DNA of 64,000 bases from an uncultured Candidatus Rokubacteria bacterium (lineage in GTDB: Bacteria; Methylomirabilota; Methylomirabilia; Rokubacteriales; CSP1-6), in the NCBI GenBank assembly GCA_963747235.1, contig CAVVEU010000039.1, forward strand, positions 11,879 to 75,878. The letters are read 5' to 3'. Below are positions 53,471 to 63,483 of the stretch, piece after piece; positions within the stretch are counted from its first letter, which is position 1; each line of letters begins with the position of its first letter. The notes below the pieces were generated by a model. The model saw only the letters and a list, made by a program, of their open reading frames with translations. It was not told the DNA's origin and did not search any database. The position numbers and the translations under genes were made by a program.

Positions 53471-53923
53471 ATGAAGCCGCTCGGGGTGGCGCTCGTGCTC
53501 ACGTGCCTCCTCGGGATCCCCGCCGGGATCGGCGCGTTCACGTTCGTCTACGCCAAGGGCTACTCGTACCTCTCGACCGACCCGCGCACGTGCCTCAACT
53601 GCCACATCATGAATCCGCAGTACGAGGCCTGGCTCAAGAGCGGCCATCGCCACACCGCGGTCTGCGTGGACTGCCACCTGCCGCACGGCGGCCTGGCGAA
53701 GTGGGTGGCCAAGGCCGACCAGGGGTTCCGCCACTCGGTGGCCTTCACGCTGCAGAACTTCAAGGAGCCGATCGAGATCAAGCCGCGGGACCGGCGGATC
53801 GTGCAGGTCAACTGCGTGCGCTGCCACGCCGACTTCGTCCACGCGGTGGCGGGCACGTCGGGGCGCCAGGAGCTCGACTGCCTGCACTGCCACGCGGGCG
53901 CCGGCCACGGGGCCGGCGGCTGA
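53471..53923 (+). CDS. nrfH: tetraheme cytochrome c nitrite reductase small subunit
   Basis: N-terminal TM, SYLSTDP..CLNCHIM, CVDCH, CVRCH, CLHCH. Confidence 0.9.
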   Translation: MKPLGVALVLTCLLGIPAGIGAFTFVYAKGYSYLSTDPRTCLNCHIMNPQYEAWLKSGHRHTAVCVDCHLPHGGLAKWVAKADQGFRHSVAFTLQNFKEPIEIKPRDRRIVQVNCVRCHADFVHAVAGTSGRQELDCLHCHAGAGHGAGG

Positions 53924-53947
53924 CCTGACCGAGCGAGGGAGAACACC

Positions 53948-55346
53948 ATGCCCATGAAGCGTTCGAGCGGCAGCGCGCGCGCCTGGCTCCTCGTCGTCCT
54001 CGGCTTCGGCGGGATCGCGGGGCTGACCGTGCTGCTGCTGGCGCTCCTCACGAACATCTTCGAGCGCCGGCAGGAGGCCCGCCAGCCCTTCGTGCGCGTG
54101 GTCGAGGTGACCGAGGAGACGATGGACCCGAAGCCGTGGGGCCAGAACTGGCCGCACGAGTACGACAGCTATCTCAAGACCGCGCTGCCCACCGCGACCA
54201 AGTACGGCGGCCGCGGGCCCGGAGCGAGCGACGCGGGCCCCGCCGATCAGAAGCTCGATCGCGACCCGTGGCTCAAGCGGATCTTCGCGGGCTACGCCTT
54301 CGCGCTCGACTACCGCGACCGCCGCGGGCACGCCTTCGCCCTCTTCGACCAGGAGCAGACCCGGCGGGTCACCGAGCGGAAGCAGCCGGGCGCGTGCCTG
54401 CACTGTCACGCCTCGAATCTCGCGCTCTACCGGTACGCCGGGAAGGGCGACGTCACGAAGGGCTTCGAGGTGGTCTCCGGGATGCCGTACGCGGACGCGC
54501 GCGACATGAAGGACGACGCGGGCCGGCCCCTGATCCAGCATCCGGTCTCGTGCGTGGACTGCCACGAGCCGAAGACGATGGGCGTGCGGGTGACGCGGCC
54601 GGGCTTCATCGCGGGCATCAAGGCGCTCAAGGCCAGGCAGGGCATCGCCGACTACGACCCGAACCGGGACGCCTCGCGGCAGGAGATGCGCTCGTTCGTG
54701 TGCGGGCAGTGCCACGTGGAGTACTACTTCAAGGGCCCCGGCAAGGTCGTGACCTATCCCTGGGCCAACGGGCTCCGCGTCGAGGAGATCGAGGCCTACT
54801 ACGACGCGGAGGGCTTCTCGGACTGGGTGCACGCCGAGACCGGCAACAAGGTGCTGAAGGCGCAGCATCCGGAGTTCGAGGTGTGGAGCCAGGGCGTGCA
54901 CGCCCGCGCGGGCGTCGCCTGCGCGGACTGCCACATGCCCTACCAGCGCGTCGGGGCGCTGAAGGTGAGCGACCACTGGGTGCGCAGCCCGCTGCTGAAC
55001 GTCAACCGCGCCTGCCAGACCTGCCACGCGGTCCCCGAGGCGGAGCTGCACGGCCGGGTCCTCGGCATCCAGGATCGCCACCACGCGCTGCTTCAGCGCG
55101 CCGCGAAGGCGACGACCGACATGCTGGACGCGATCGTGGCCGCGAAGAAGGCCGGCGTGCCCGAGGCGCGAGCTCCAGGCGGCCGCGGCGCTCCACCGCA
55201 AGGCGCAGTGGCGGCTCGACTTCGTCGCCGCGGAGAACTCGATGGGCTTCCACGCGCCGCAGGAGCTGGCGCGGATCCTCGGCGAGGCCATCGACTACGC
55301 GCGCCAGGGCCAGCTCGAGGCCGCCCAGGCCGCGCGGAAGCGCTGA
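53948..55346 (+). CDS. nrfA: pentaheme ammonia-forming nitrite reductase, CXXCH type (frameshift near 55168)
   Basis: five CXXCH motifs, FAGYAF..DY...[31 protein letters not shown]. Confidence 0.9.
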
Positions 55347-55386
55347 GCCGCCCCGGCGACGTGGGATCTCACGCGAACGGAGGAGG

Positions 55387-55905
55387 ATGAAGACCATGAG
55401 CGCGCGCAAGGGGGAAGACTCAATGAATGTCGACAGGTCACGACTCAGATTCATGGTGGAGGGCGTGGCGTTCGCGGTCACCCTCGCGATTGGCCGCCGC
55501 GTCGGCGCGCAGGCCGGGCCAAGCGGGAAGATCACGGTCTACAAGGAGCCGACCTGAGGGTGCTGCAACCAGTGGGTGGTCCACCTACAGCGATCGGGAT
55601 TCACCGTGGTGGTGGAGAACCGGGCCGACCTCCGGCCGATCAAGACCCAGTATCGCGTGCCGGCCGATCTCGAGTCCTGTCATACGGCAGTGATCGAAGG
55701 GTACGCGATCGAGGGCCACGTCCCCGCTGATGTGATCAGCCGGCTTCTCCGCGAGCGCCCGAAGGTCCTCGGCCTGGCCGTGCCGGGGATGCCGGCCGGC
55801 TCCCCAGGCATGGAGGTGCCGGGCTCACCGGCCGAGCCTTACCGCGTCTTCATGTTCGATAGAGGCCGCACGGTGGGCGTCTTCGCGACCCGCTCGGGTG
55901 GTTGA
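55387..55905 (+). CDS. DUF411/CopG family protein with an in-frame UGA (probable selenocysteine, UGCC motif)
   Basis: VYKEPT-TGA(55555-55557)-GCC continues in frame to SCHTA, IEGHVP, LAVPGMP.GSPGME; start could be 55387, 55396 or 55423. Confidence 0.8.
55562..55591 (+). other. putative bacterial SECIS hairpin
   Basis: GCUG/CAGC lower stem, GUGG/CCAC upper stem, G-led loop GUGGU starting 19 nt after the UGA. Confidence 0.55.
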
Positions 55906-56042
55906 TCGAGAGACGTGAAGAAACGCGAAGCGGGACACGGCAAGTAGTATATTTGCGCCATTGTTCCCTGTCGGGACCGTGGACTAACATTGGCATCTGA
56001 CGGCCACTGTCCCAATTCCAATGGGAAACGAAAGGGTCGCCA

Positions 56043-57236
56043 ATGATGCGAAGTGTGAGGTGGATCGTCCTCACTGTCGCAGTACTCGTCGCACCGCTTG
56101 GCGCGGTCTCGGCCCAGCCTGTGATGAGCCCGAGCCAGGACCCGCTCGCGGGGTCGCAGGTGTTCGGCTCAAAGGGTTGCGTCAAGTGCCATTCGGTGAA
56201 CGGGGTCGGCGGCAAGGTGGGGCCCGATCTCGCCCGCACGATGAGGCCGCGCTCGTTCGTCGATCTGGCGACCGCGATGTGGAATCACCTTCCGCGCATG
56301 GCGGACCGGATGAAGCAGCTCGGCATTGCCCGGCCGCAGCTCGACTCCAAGCAGGCCGGCGACCTGGTCGGCTTCCTCTATACCTTGAACTACTTCGACG
56401 CCCCTGGTAATGCCGACGCCGGGAAGCGCGTCTTCTCCGAGAAGCACTGCATCACATGCCATACGGTGCGCGGCACGGGCGGTGTGGTGGGGCCGAACCT
56501 GGATCACCTCCGGCAATTCGGCTCACCGATCTTCGTGGCGTCGGCGATGTGGAACCACGGGCCCCAGATGGCGGAGAAGATGAAGGAGCGAGGGGTAGAC
56601 CGTCCTACCTTCACGGCGAAGGAGCTGCGCGATCTCAGCGCATATCTGGCCCCGGCCACCGGAGGGCCCGAGGGGGGGCCGCTCTACGTGCTGCCGGGGA
56701 GGCCCGAGTCCGGGCGGCAGCTCTTCGCGGAGAAGCGCTGCATCGAGTGCCACGCGGTGGGGGGGGCGGGTGGCCGCGTGGGACCGGATCTGGTCGAGCG
56801 CGGTCTACGGGAGAGCCCGATGGAGTTCGCGGCGACGATCTGGAACAAGGCGCCCGCCATGGCCGCGGTCATGCAATCCAAGGGAATCAGCGTCCCCCAG
56901 CTGGCCCCCGAGGAGATGGCCGACATCGTCGCGTACCTGTATTCGGTCCGCTACTTCGCGAGCGGCAGCGTGCAGCAGGGATACAGCGTGGCGAGCCAGA
57001 AGGGCTGCTTGCACTGCCACGTGCTTCGCGGCGAGCGCGGCAAGCCCGCCAGTGACTTGGCGAAGGTGAAAGGGCTGGACTCACCGGCCGCGGCGCTGGC
57101 CGCCCTGTGGAACCACGCGCTGGTGACGCCCACCGTTGCTGGGCAGAAGCGGGACTGGCCGATCCTCACATCTCGAGAGATGGCCGACCTCATCGCGATG
57201 CTCCAGTCCGTCAGCCAGGCGCAAAAAGCCCGATGA
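56043..57236 (+). CDS. periplasmic c-type cytochrome with four class-I-like heme domains
   Basis: signal peptide; CVKCH, CITCH, CIECH, CLHCH, each followed by a WNH/WNK repeat (most with P-x-M). Confidence 0.88.
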   Translation: MMRSVRWIVLTVAVLVAPLGAVSAQPVMSPSQDPLAGSQVFGSKGCVKCHSVNGVGGKVGPDLARTMRPRSFVDLATAMWNHLPRMADRMKQLGIARPQLDSKQAGDLVGFLYTLNYFDAPGNADAGKRVFSEKHCITCHTVRGTGGVVGPNLDHLRQFGSPIFVASAMWNHGPQMAEKMKERGVDRPTFTAKELRDLSAYLAPATGGPEGGPLYVLPGRPESGRQLFAEKRCIECHAVGGAGGRVGPDLVERGLRESPMEFAATIWNKAPAMAAVMQSKGISVPQLAPEEMADIVAYLYSVRYFASGSVQQGYSVASQKGCLHCHVLRGERGKPASDLAKVKGLDSPAAALAALWNHALVTPTVAGQKRDWPILTSREMADLIAMLQSVSQAQKAR

Positions 57237-57243
57237 TCGGGAA

Positions 57244-58510
57244 ATGACCTGGCTCGGTCTCGCGGGAGCGCTGCTCCTCGCGGCCGTGCTGGGGCTTTTT
57301 CCGGCGGGGGCCCAGGCCGCGGACGCATGCGCCGCCTGTCACCTCGAGACCGGGGACGAGCGGTTGGCCGCCCCGGCCAGGAATTTCGACGGGGACATCC
57401 ACAAGGCGAAAGGCTTCGGCTGCGTCGACTGCCACGGGGGTGACAGCCGGGAGACCGGCATGGAGGCGATGGATCCCCGCAAGGGCTTCATCGGCAAGAT
57501 CTCGCGCCCCCAGATGACCCAGGTCTGCGGCCGGTGTCACTCCGACGCCGGCTTCATGAAACGCTACAACCCCTCGCTGCGCGTGGACCAGGTGGCGGAA
57601 TATGCGACTTCGGTCCACGGCCGGCGTCTCAGAGAGCTGGGCGATCCGAACGTGGCGACCTGCGCGAGCTGCCACCCGCCTCATGCCATTCGACCGCGGT
57701 CCGATCCGAAGTCGAGCGTTCATCCGGCCCGCGTCGCCGATACCTGCGCCCGCTGCCACGCCGACGCGAAGTACATGGCGAGCTACAAGATCCCGACCGA
57801 TCAGCTGGAGAAGTACAAGACCAGCGTCCACTGGGCCGCGATGACGGCCAAGGGCGACCTCTCCGCGCCCACGTGCAACAGCTGCCACGGCAATCACGGC
57901 GCCGTGCCACCCGGGGTGAACTGGGTGGGCAACGTGTGCGGGCAATGCCACAGCGTGCAGGCCGACCTGTTCAAGTCGAGTGTCCACGCCAAGGCGTTCG
58001 TCGAGATGGGGACACCGGGCTGCGCCACGTGCCATGAGAACCACGCGATCCGCGCGCCCGGCGACTTCATGCTGGGGCTCGGAGACAAGGCGGTCTGCGG
58101 TAGCTGTCACGGTCCCGATGACAAGGGGGGCAAGAGCGCCGTCGACATGCAGACCCGGATCAGTTCGCTCCGGACCGAGGTGGAGAAGGCCGATGCCCTC
58201 CTGCTGCGGGCCGAGCGGGCGGGCATGGAGGTCAGCCAGGCCCAGTTCGATCTGAACGGAGCCCGGAACGACCTGATCAAGGCGCGCGCGGCCGTCCACG
58301 CCTTCAAGGTCGACGCGGTGAAGCAGGCGGTCGAGCCCGGGCTTGCGGTGACCGCCAAGGCCCATCTCCGCGGGCTGCGTGCGCTGGAAGAGCTCGGGTT
58401 CCGGCGCAAAGGGCTCGCGGTGTCCCTCGTCGTGATCTTCGCCCTGATCGCGGGCCTGGTGGTGAAGATCCGGCAGCTCGGGGATCGGCCGGCAGGGAGG
58501 CTTCCCATGA
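57244..58510 (+). CDS. nonaheme cytochrome c with C-terminal membrane anchor (reads in frame into the Rieske gene; stop inferred)
   Basis: nine CXXCH motifs, repeated SVH, C-terminal TM. Confidence 0.82.
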
Positions 58511-58962
58511 CTGAGCACGCGCTGGAGCCCGACGAGAACCGCCGGGGATTCATCAACTGGTTCCTCGGGACCAGTGCGGTGGCGTTCGTCCTCTCCGTCT
58601 TCTATCCGGTGGCCAGCTACCTGGTGCCGCCCACGGTCGGGGAGTCCACCGCGGGCACCGTGACGCTGCCCATCAAGCCCGACGACGTGAAGCCCAATAC
58701 GGGACAGATCTTCAAGTTCGGGAGCCGTCCCGGGATCCTGATCCGGACCTCGGCGGGTGATCTGCGGGCATTCTCCGCCGTCTGCACCCATCTCAACTGC
58801 ACCGTACAGTACCGGTCGGATCTCAGCGAGATCTGGTGCGCCTGTCACAACGGCCACTACGACCTGAACGGCAAGAATGTCGCGGGCCCGCCGCCCCGGC
58901 CGCTCGACACGTTCGTGGTCAACGTCCGGGGGGCCCAGATCGTGGTCAGCAAGAGCGCGTGA
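58507..58962 (+). CDS. Rieske iron-sulfur subunit of a bc-type complex
   Basis: Tat motif NRRGFI, CTHLNC, CACH, GPPPRPL; GGGAGG RBS. Confidence 0.9.
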   Translation: MTEHALEPDENRRGFINWFLGTSAVAFVLSVFYPVASYLVPPTVGESTAGTVTLPIKPDDVKPNTGQIFKFGSRPGILIRTSAGDLRAFSAVCTHLNCTVQYRSDLSEIWCACHNGHYDLNGKNVAGPPPRPLDTFVVNVRGAQIVVSKSA

Positions 58963-58964
58963 CG

Positions 58965-60065
58965 ATGGAGGCCGGCGAGCCGCGACACGGCAGGCTCTGG
59001 ATGTGGCTCGACCAGCGGGTCGGGCTCAAGGACCTGGAGAAGCTCGCCCGGAAGAAGGAGATCCCGGTCCATCGGCACAGCATCTGGTACTACCTGGGCG
59101 GCATGACCCTCTTCCTCTTCATCATCCAGGCGTTGACCGGCATCCTGCTGCTGCTCTACTATCGCCCGAGCGCGGAGGAGGCCTTCGAGTCGATCCAGTT
59201 CCTGATGGCCGAGGTCCAGTTCGGCTGGCTCATCCGCTCGATCCACTCCTGGGCCGCCAACCTCATGATCCTCACCCTCTTCGTGCATCTCTTCAGCGTG
59301 CTGCTGCTCAAGGCGTACCGGCCGCCGCGGGAGATCACGTGGTTCTCCGGCATGGCGCTGCTGGGCCTCGGCCCTCGGCTTCGGGTTCACGGGCTACCTG
59401 CTGCCCTGGAACGAGCTCGCGTACTTCGCGACCAAGGTGGGCACCGAGATCACGAGCGCCGTTCCTGGGATCGGAGGGTTCGCGGGCCGGCTGCTCCGCG
59501 GCGGTGACGAGGTGACCGGGGCGACGCTGACGCGCTTCTACGGGATCCACGTCGCGATCCTGCCCGCGACCGCGTTCGCCCTCCTGGGGCTGCACCTGTA
59601 CCTGGTGCAGCGACACGGGATGAGTGTCCCGCCCGGCGTCGAGCGGAAGGGCGGGGCGGCGCGCGTGATGCCGTTCGTCCCGAACTTCCTGCTGCGCGAC
59701 ATCGTGGGCTGGCTCATCGGTGCTCGCGATCCTGGCCGTCGCTCGCCGCGTACTTCCCGGCGGAGCTCGGCAGGAAAGCGGATCCGTTCCTGCCCGCCCC
59801 GGCCGGGATCAAGCCCGAGTGGTACTTCATGTTCATGTTCCAGACGCTGAAGTACCTGCCGAGCCACATCCTCGGAATCGAGGGGGAGATCGTGGGCATT
59901 CTGGGCTTCGGGCTGGGCGGCCTCTTCCTCCTGCTCATCCCCGTGCTCGACCGCCGGACCGCGCGGGGCCAGCCGAGCCGTCTGTTCACCTGGATCGGCA
60001 TCGCGATCATCCTGTTCATGGTGCTGTTCACCGTCCTCGGCTACATGGCGAGCGCGACCAAGTGA
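58965..60065 (+). CDS. cytochrome b of a bc-type complex (frameshifts near 59370, 59720 and 59745)
   Basis: RSIHSW, LFVHL, GYLLPW, FYGIH...LHL, KPEWYF. Confidence 0.88.
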
Positions 60066-60694
60066 TCGACCCGCGCCGCCCGGCTCCGTTCTTGCTCGGG
60101 ATGGCACTCGTCCTCGCCGGGATCGGCGCGAGGATCGGGACCGCGGCCGAGGCGCCCGGGGACGCGGAGCGCGGGCAGGCGGTCTTCGCGGCCAAGCAGT
60201 GCGTGCGCTGCCATGCGTCCCGGGGCCAGCCGAGCGTGGGGCCGGCCATCGAGGAGCTGAGACGCCCGCAGGGCGCCTACGAGCTGGCGGGTCGCTTCTG
60301 GAACCACGCCCCCGCCATGTTCACGACCTTGCTTCGGGAGGGGATCGCGTGGCCGGAGATCGGCCCCGCGGAGATGGCCGATCTGATGGCGTATCTTCGA
60401 GCGGATGCGTCGCGGGATCCGGCCCCCGACCTCCCGCAGGGGCACATCCTCCTTGTCGGGAAGGGCTGCCTCAAGTGCCATCGTTTTCGAGGTGAGGGCG
60501 GCCGGATCGCCGAGGAGTTGACGCGGGCCCATCCCGGTTACGAGTCTCCCGTGACCTGGGCGGCCGCGGTCTGGAAGCATGCCCCCCGTATGGCCGAGGA
60601 GGCCCGGCGGATGGGAGTGTCATACCCTCGCTTCACGGGCGAGGAGATGGGGAACCTGGTCGGGCTCCTCCGGAGCACCGCCAAGGCACCGTGA
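60062..60694 (+). CDS. diheme c-type cytochrome (same domain family as 56043)
   Basis: CVRCH...WNHAPAM; CLKCH...WKHAPRM. Confidence 0.85.
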   Translation: MIDPRRPAPFLLGMALVLAGIGARIGTAAEAPGDAERGQAVFAAKQCVRCHASRGQPSVGPAIEELRRPQGAYELAGRFWNHAPAMFTTLLREGIAWPEIGPAEMADLMAYLRADASRDPAPDLPQGHILLVGKGCLKCHRFRGEGGRIAEELTRAHPGYESPVTWAAAVWKHAPRMAEEARRMGVSYPRFTGEEMGNLVGLLRSTAKAP

Positions 60695-60719
60695 CCAACG
60701 AAGCCAGGAGGAATCTACG

Positions 60720-61085
60720 ATGTCCTATCGACCATGGATGTTCGCGCTCGTGATGGTGGCCGCGCTCGGCTTCGTGGTGGCCTCGTCGGGGACCGCGTCG
60801 GCGCAGGTCAAGCCGCCCGCCGACTTCAAGTTCGAGGCCGGTAAGGACAGCCCCGGACCCGTGACCTTCAGCCACGAGGAGCACAAGGAGAAGGTCGGCG
60901 GGTGCACGGCGTGCCACGTCAAGATCTTCAAGATGAAGAAGGGGCAGGACGCGCCCTTCACGATGGAGAGGATGAAGAACGGGCAGCTGTGCGGGACTTG
61001 CCACAACGGCACGACCGAGGTCAAGGGGAAGGTGGTTTTCGCCGCGACCGACAAGGCCAACTGCGAGAAGTGTCACAGGAAGTGA
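60720..61085 (+). CDS. triheme cytochrome c7-like protein
   Basis: signal peptide, VTFSHEEH, CTACH, CGTCH, CEKCH. Confidence 0.85.
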   Translation: MSYRPWMFALVMVAALGFVVASSGTASAQVKPPADFKFEAGKDSPGPVTFSHEEHKEKVGGCTACHVKIFKMKKGQDAPFTMERMKNGQLCGTCHNGTTEVKGKVVFAATDKANCEKCHRK

Positions 61086-62018
61086 CCGACCCCGAGGAGT
61101 CCCCGGCCACGCGCCGGCGGGTCTACCGCTGGCGCGCGGTCTGGATCGTCCTCGCGATCGCGGCGGTCGTCGGCGGCGGCGTGCTGACGAGCCTCTGGCA
61201 CGTCAGCGCGAGCCCGCAGTTCTGCAACTCGTGCCACATCATGCGCCCCTACGTCGAGGCCTGGAAGGTGTCCAAGCACAGCCAGGTCGCCTGCGTGCAG
61301 TGTCACTATCCCCCCGGTCTGCGCGACACGCTCTGGGTGAAGTTCCAGGCCATCAGCCAGGTCGCCAAGTGGGCGACGCAGACCTACAACTCGAAGCCGT
61401 TTGCGGTCGTGGAAGACGCCAGCTGCTTCCGCTCGGGCTGTCACTCCGGGGCCCAGCTCGAGAGCCGGGGCGTGCTCACCTTCGGGCGGGGCGTGCGCTT
61501 CGATCACCGCCCCCACCTCGAATCGGCGATGATGGGCCGGCAGTTGCGCTGCACGAGCTGTCATTCGCAGATCGTCGTGGGAAAGCACTTCGAGGTCACG
61601 ACGTCCACCTGTTTCACCTGCCACTTCAAGGGGACGAAGGACGGCCGGGACCTCGCTCCGGTCGCGGGTTGCACCGGTTGCCACGAGCCCCCCAAGGGGG
61701 ACATCGCCGTGAGCTCGATCCGGTTCAACCACGACCAGATCGTGCAGCGGGGCGTGTCGTGCGAGAAGTGTCACCTCAACGTGGTCGAGGGAAGCGGGGA
61801 GGTGCCGCGGGAGCGTTGTTTCACCTGCCACAACCAGCAGGAGAAGCTCGACCGGTATGACCGACCGGGCGCTGCTGCACTCGGTTCACGTCACCGAGCG
61901 CACCATCACCTGCACCCGGTGTCACACCGAGATCAAGCACCGGCTGCCACCGCCGGTCGGCGCGCCAACGGCGCAAGGCGAGCGCGGGGCGCTCCTGGCC
62001 ACGCCGGGACGCCGATGA
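61082..62018 (+). CDS. membrane-anchored NapC/NirT-like multiheme cytochrome (~9 hemes; frameshift near 61865)
   Basis: TM then FCNSCHIM.PY..W..S.H..V.CVQCH, CFRSGCH, CTSCH, CFTCH, CTGCH, CEKCH, CFTCH, CTRCH. Confidence 0.82.
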
Positions 62019-63322
62019 TCCGGGCGGCGCTGCTTCTGGCACTACTGGGGCTCACCCTCGCGGGGCCGGGCCCCGCACGGGCGCAGGGGCCCGGCACGCC
62101 GCCCCGCGCCTCCGGCATCGCAGCACACCGGCGAGCTCGATTGCCGTCAGTGCCACCAGGGCAACCACCAGGGCGTGGTCCGCATGTACCTCGGTATGGG
62201 TGGGCGGGGCACCCCCATGATCCCCAGCCACATGTTCCAGGTGCGGGTGCAGTGCGTCGCCTGCCACATCGTGCCCAAGGAGGACCAGGGGTCGGCGGCG
62301 ATCGTCGGCCAGACCTTCAGGCCGACCGAGCAGGCCTGCGTGAACTGCCACGGCGAGAAGTACCGCGGCATGCTCGAGCGGTGGGTGGACACGCTGACCA
62401 AGATGCAGGAGATCCTGGCCCCGAAGCTCGCCGCGGCGCGGGCGGCCCTGTCCGGGGCGGGCGGCCCAGACCCCGAAGCGGGCGCGCGCCCAGCGGCTGC
62501 GACGACGCCGAGTTCAACATGCAGTTCGTCGCCCTCGGCAAGGGCGTCCACAACGTCTTCTACGCGGCGGACCTGCTCAAGCTCTCGAACGGCTGGCTCG
62601 ACGAGGCGCTGCCGCTCGTGGGGAAGCCGCCCCTCAAGAGCGACGACACGCTGGTCCGCGGTGGCTACTGTGCCGTGCTCTGTCACGACCAGCGGGGGTC
62701 AAGCAGTCGGAGACGGTGACCTTCGGCAAGCAGCGGATCCCTCACATCCGGCACGTCACGGAGTTCGGCGCGGTCTGCACCGCCTGCCACTCGGCCGAGG
62801 TGCACAAGGCGGTGACCGCGAAGCGCGGCCACGTGCTCCGGTGTCACCACAGCCCCCAGAACGACCGCTGCGAGTCGTGTCATCGCGCCCAGAGCGCGTT
62901 CTACCGGGGGCAGGTCGAGCTCGCTGGGAGTCAAGGTCGAGCCCAACGTCATGGCGGAGGCCGTGGGCTGCACGGGCTGCCACGACTGGTCGCGGAAGCA
63001 CTCGCGCCAGGCGGTCGGCCAGAAGTGCGTCGGCTGTCACGACGCGGCGTACACGAGCTTCCTGGGCGAGTGGACGACCGGGTTCGACAAGAAGGCGGCG
63101 GGGGCCCGGGAGGCGCTCCGGACCGCGGAGACCGCGCTGGCCCGCGAGCGACGGGCCGGGCGCCGGGTCCCCGACGCCGAGGCGCTCGTGCGGGAGGCCC
63201 GGGAGGCTCTAGCCCTCGTGCAGAAGGCGCGCGGCGCCCACAATCCGGCCGGCGCCGAGTCGATCCTCGAGGGGGTCCGGGCGAAAGCCGACGCGGCCGC
63301 CGCCCAGGCCCGCCAGAAGTAG
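62015..63322 (+). CDS. multiheme cytochrome c (~9 hemes; several frameshifts)
   Basis: signal peptide; CRQCH, CVACH, CVNCH, CAVLCH, CTACH, CESCH, CTGCH, CVGCH across frames. Confidence 0.75.
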
Positions 63323-63483
63323 CTCGGCCCGGGCAGGAGGGCCCCGGTCGAGCAGTATGGTCCAAACGGACTATTGCCACCGTGGGGCGGATCGGCTTAG
63401 ACTCCGGCGCGATTCGGGTTGTTTCGCCCTGCGTTGTCGCGACGGGCGCCGATTGCTTTCGCCGGACCGATAGGAGCGATGCT

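Noticed and set aside
52763-53923. CBS-NrfH fusion
   Set aside because: NrfH has its own ATG (53471), and a TGA lies at 53458-53460 in a neighbouring frame. This is most likely an indel artefact given the local error rate.
55991-56005. Sigma-54 promoter upstream of the cytochrome cluster
   Set aside because: TGGCAT is followed by GC at N9 rather than N10 spacing and lacks the TTGC box.
57136-58962. Nonaheme-Rieske fusion protein
   Set aside because: An internal GGGAGG RBS, an ATGA at 58507 and a Tat motif indicate a separate Rieske gene, and one indel would explain the read-through. It cannot be fully excluded without reads.
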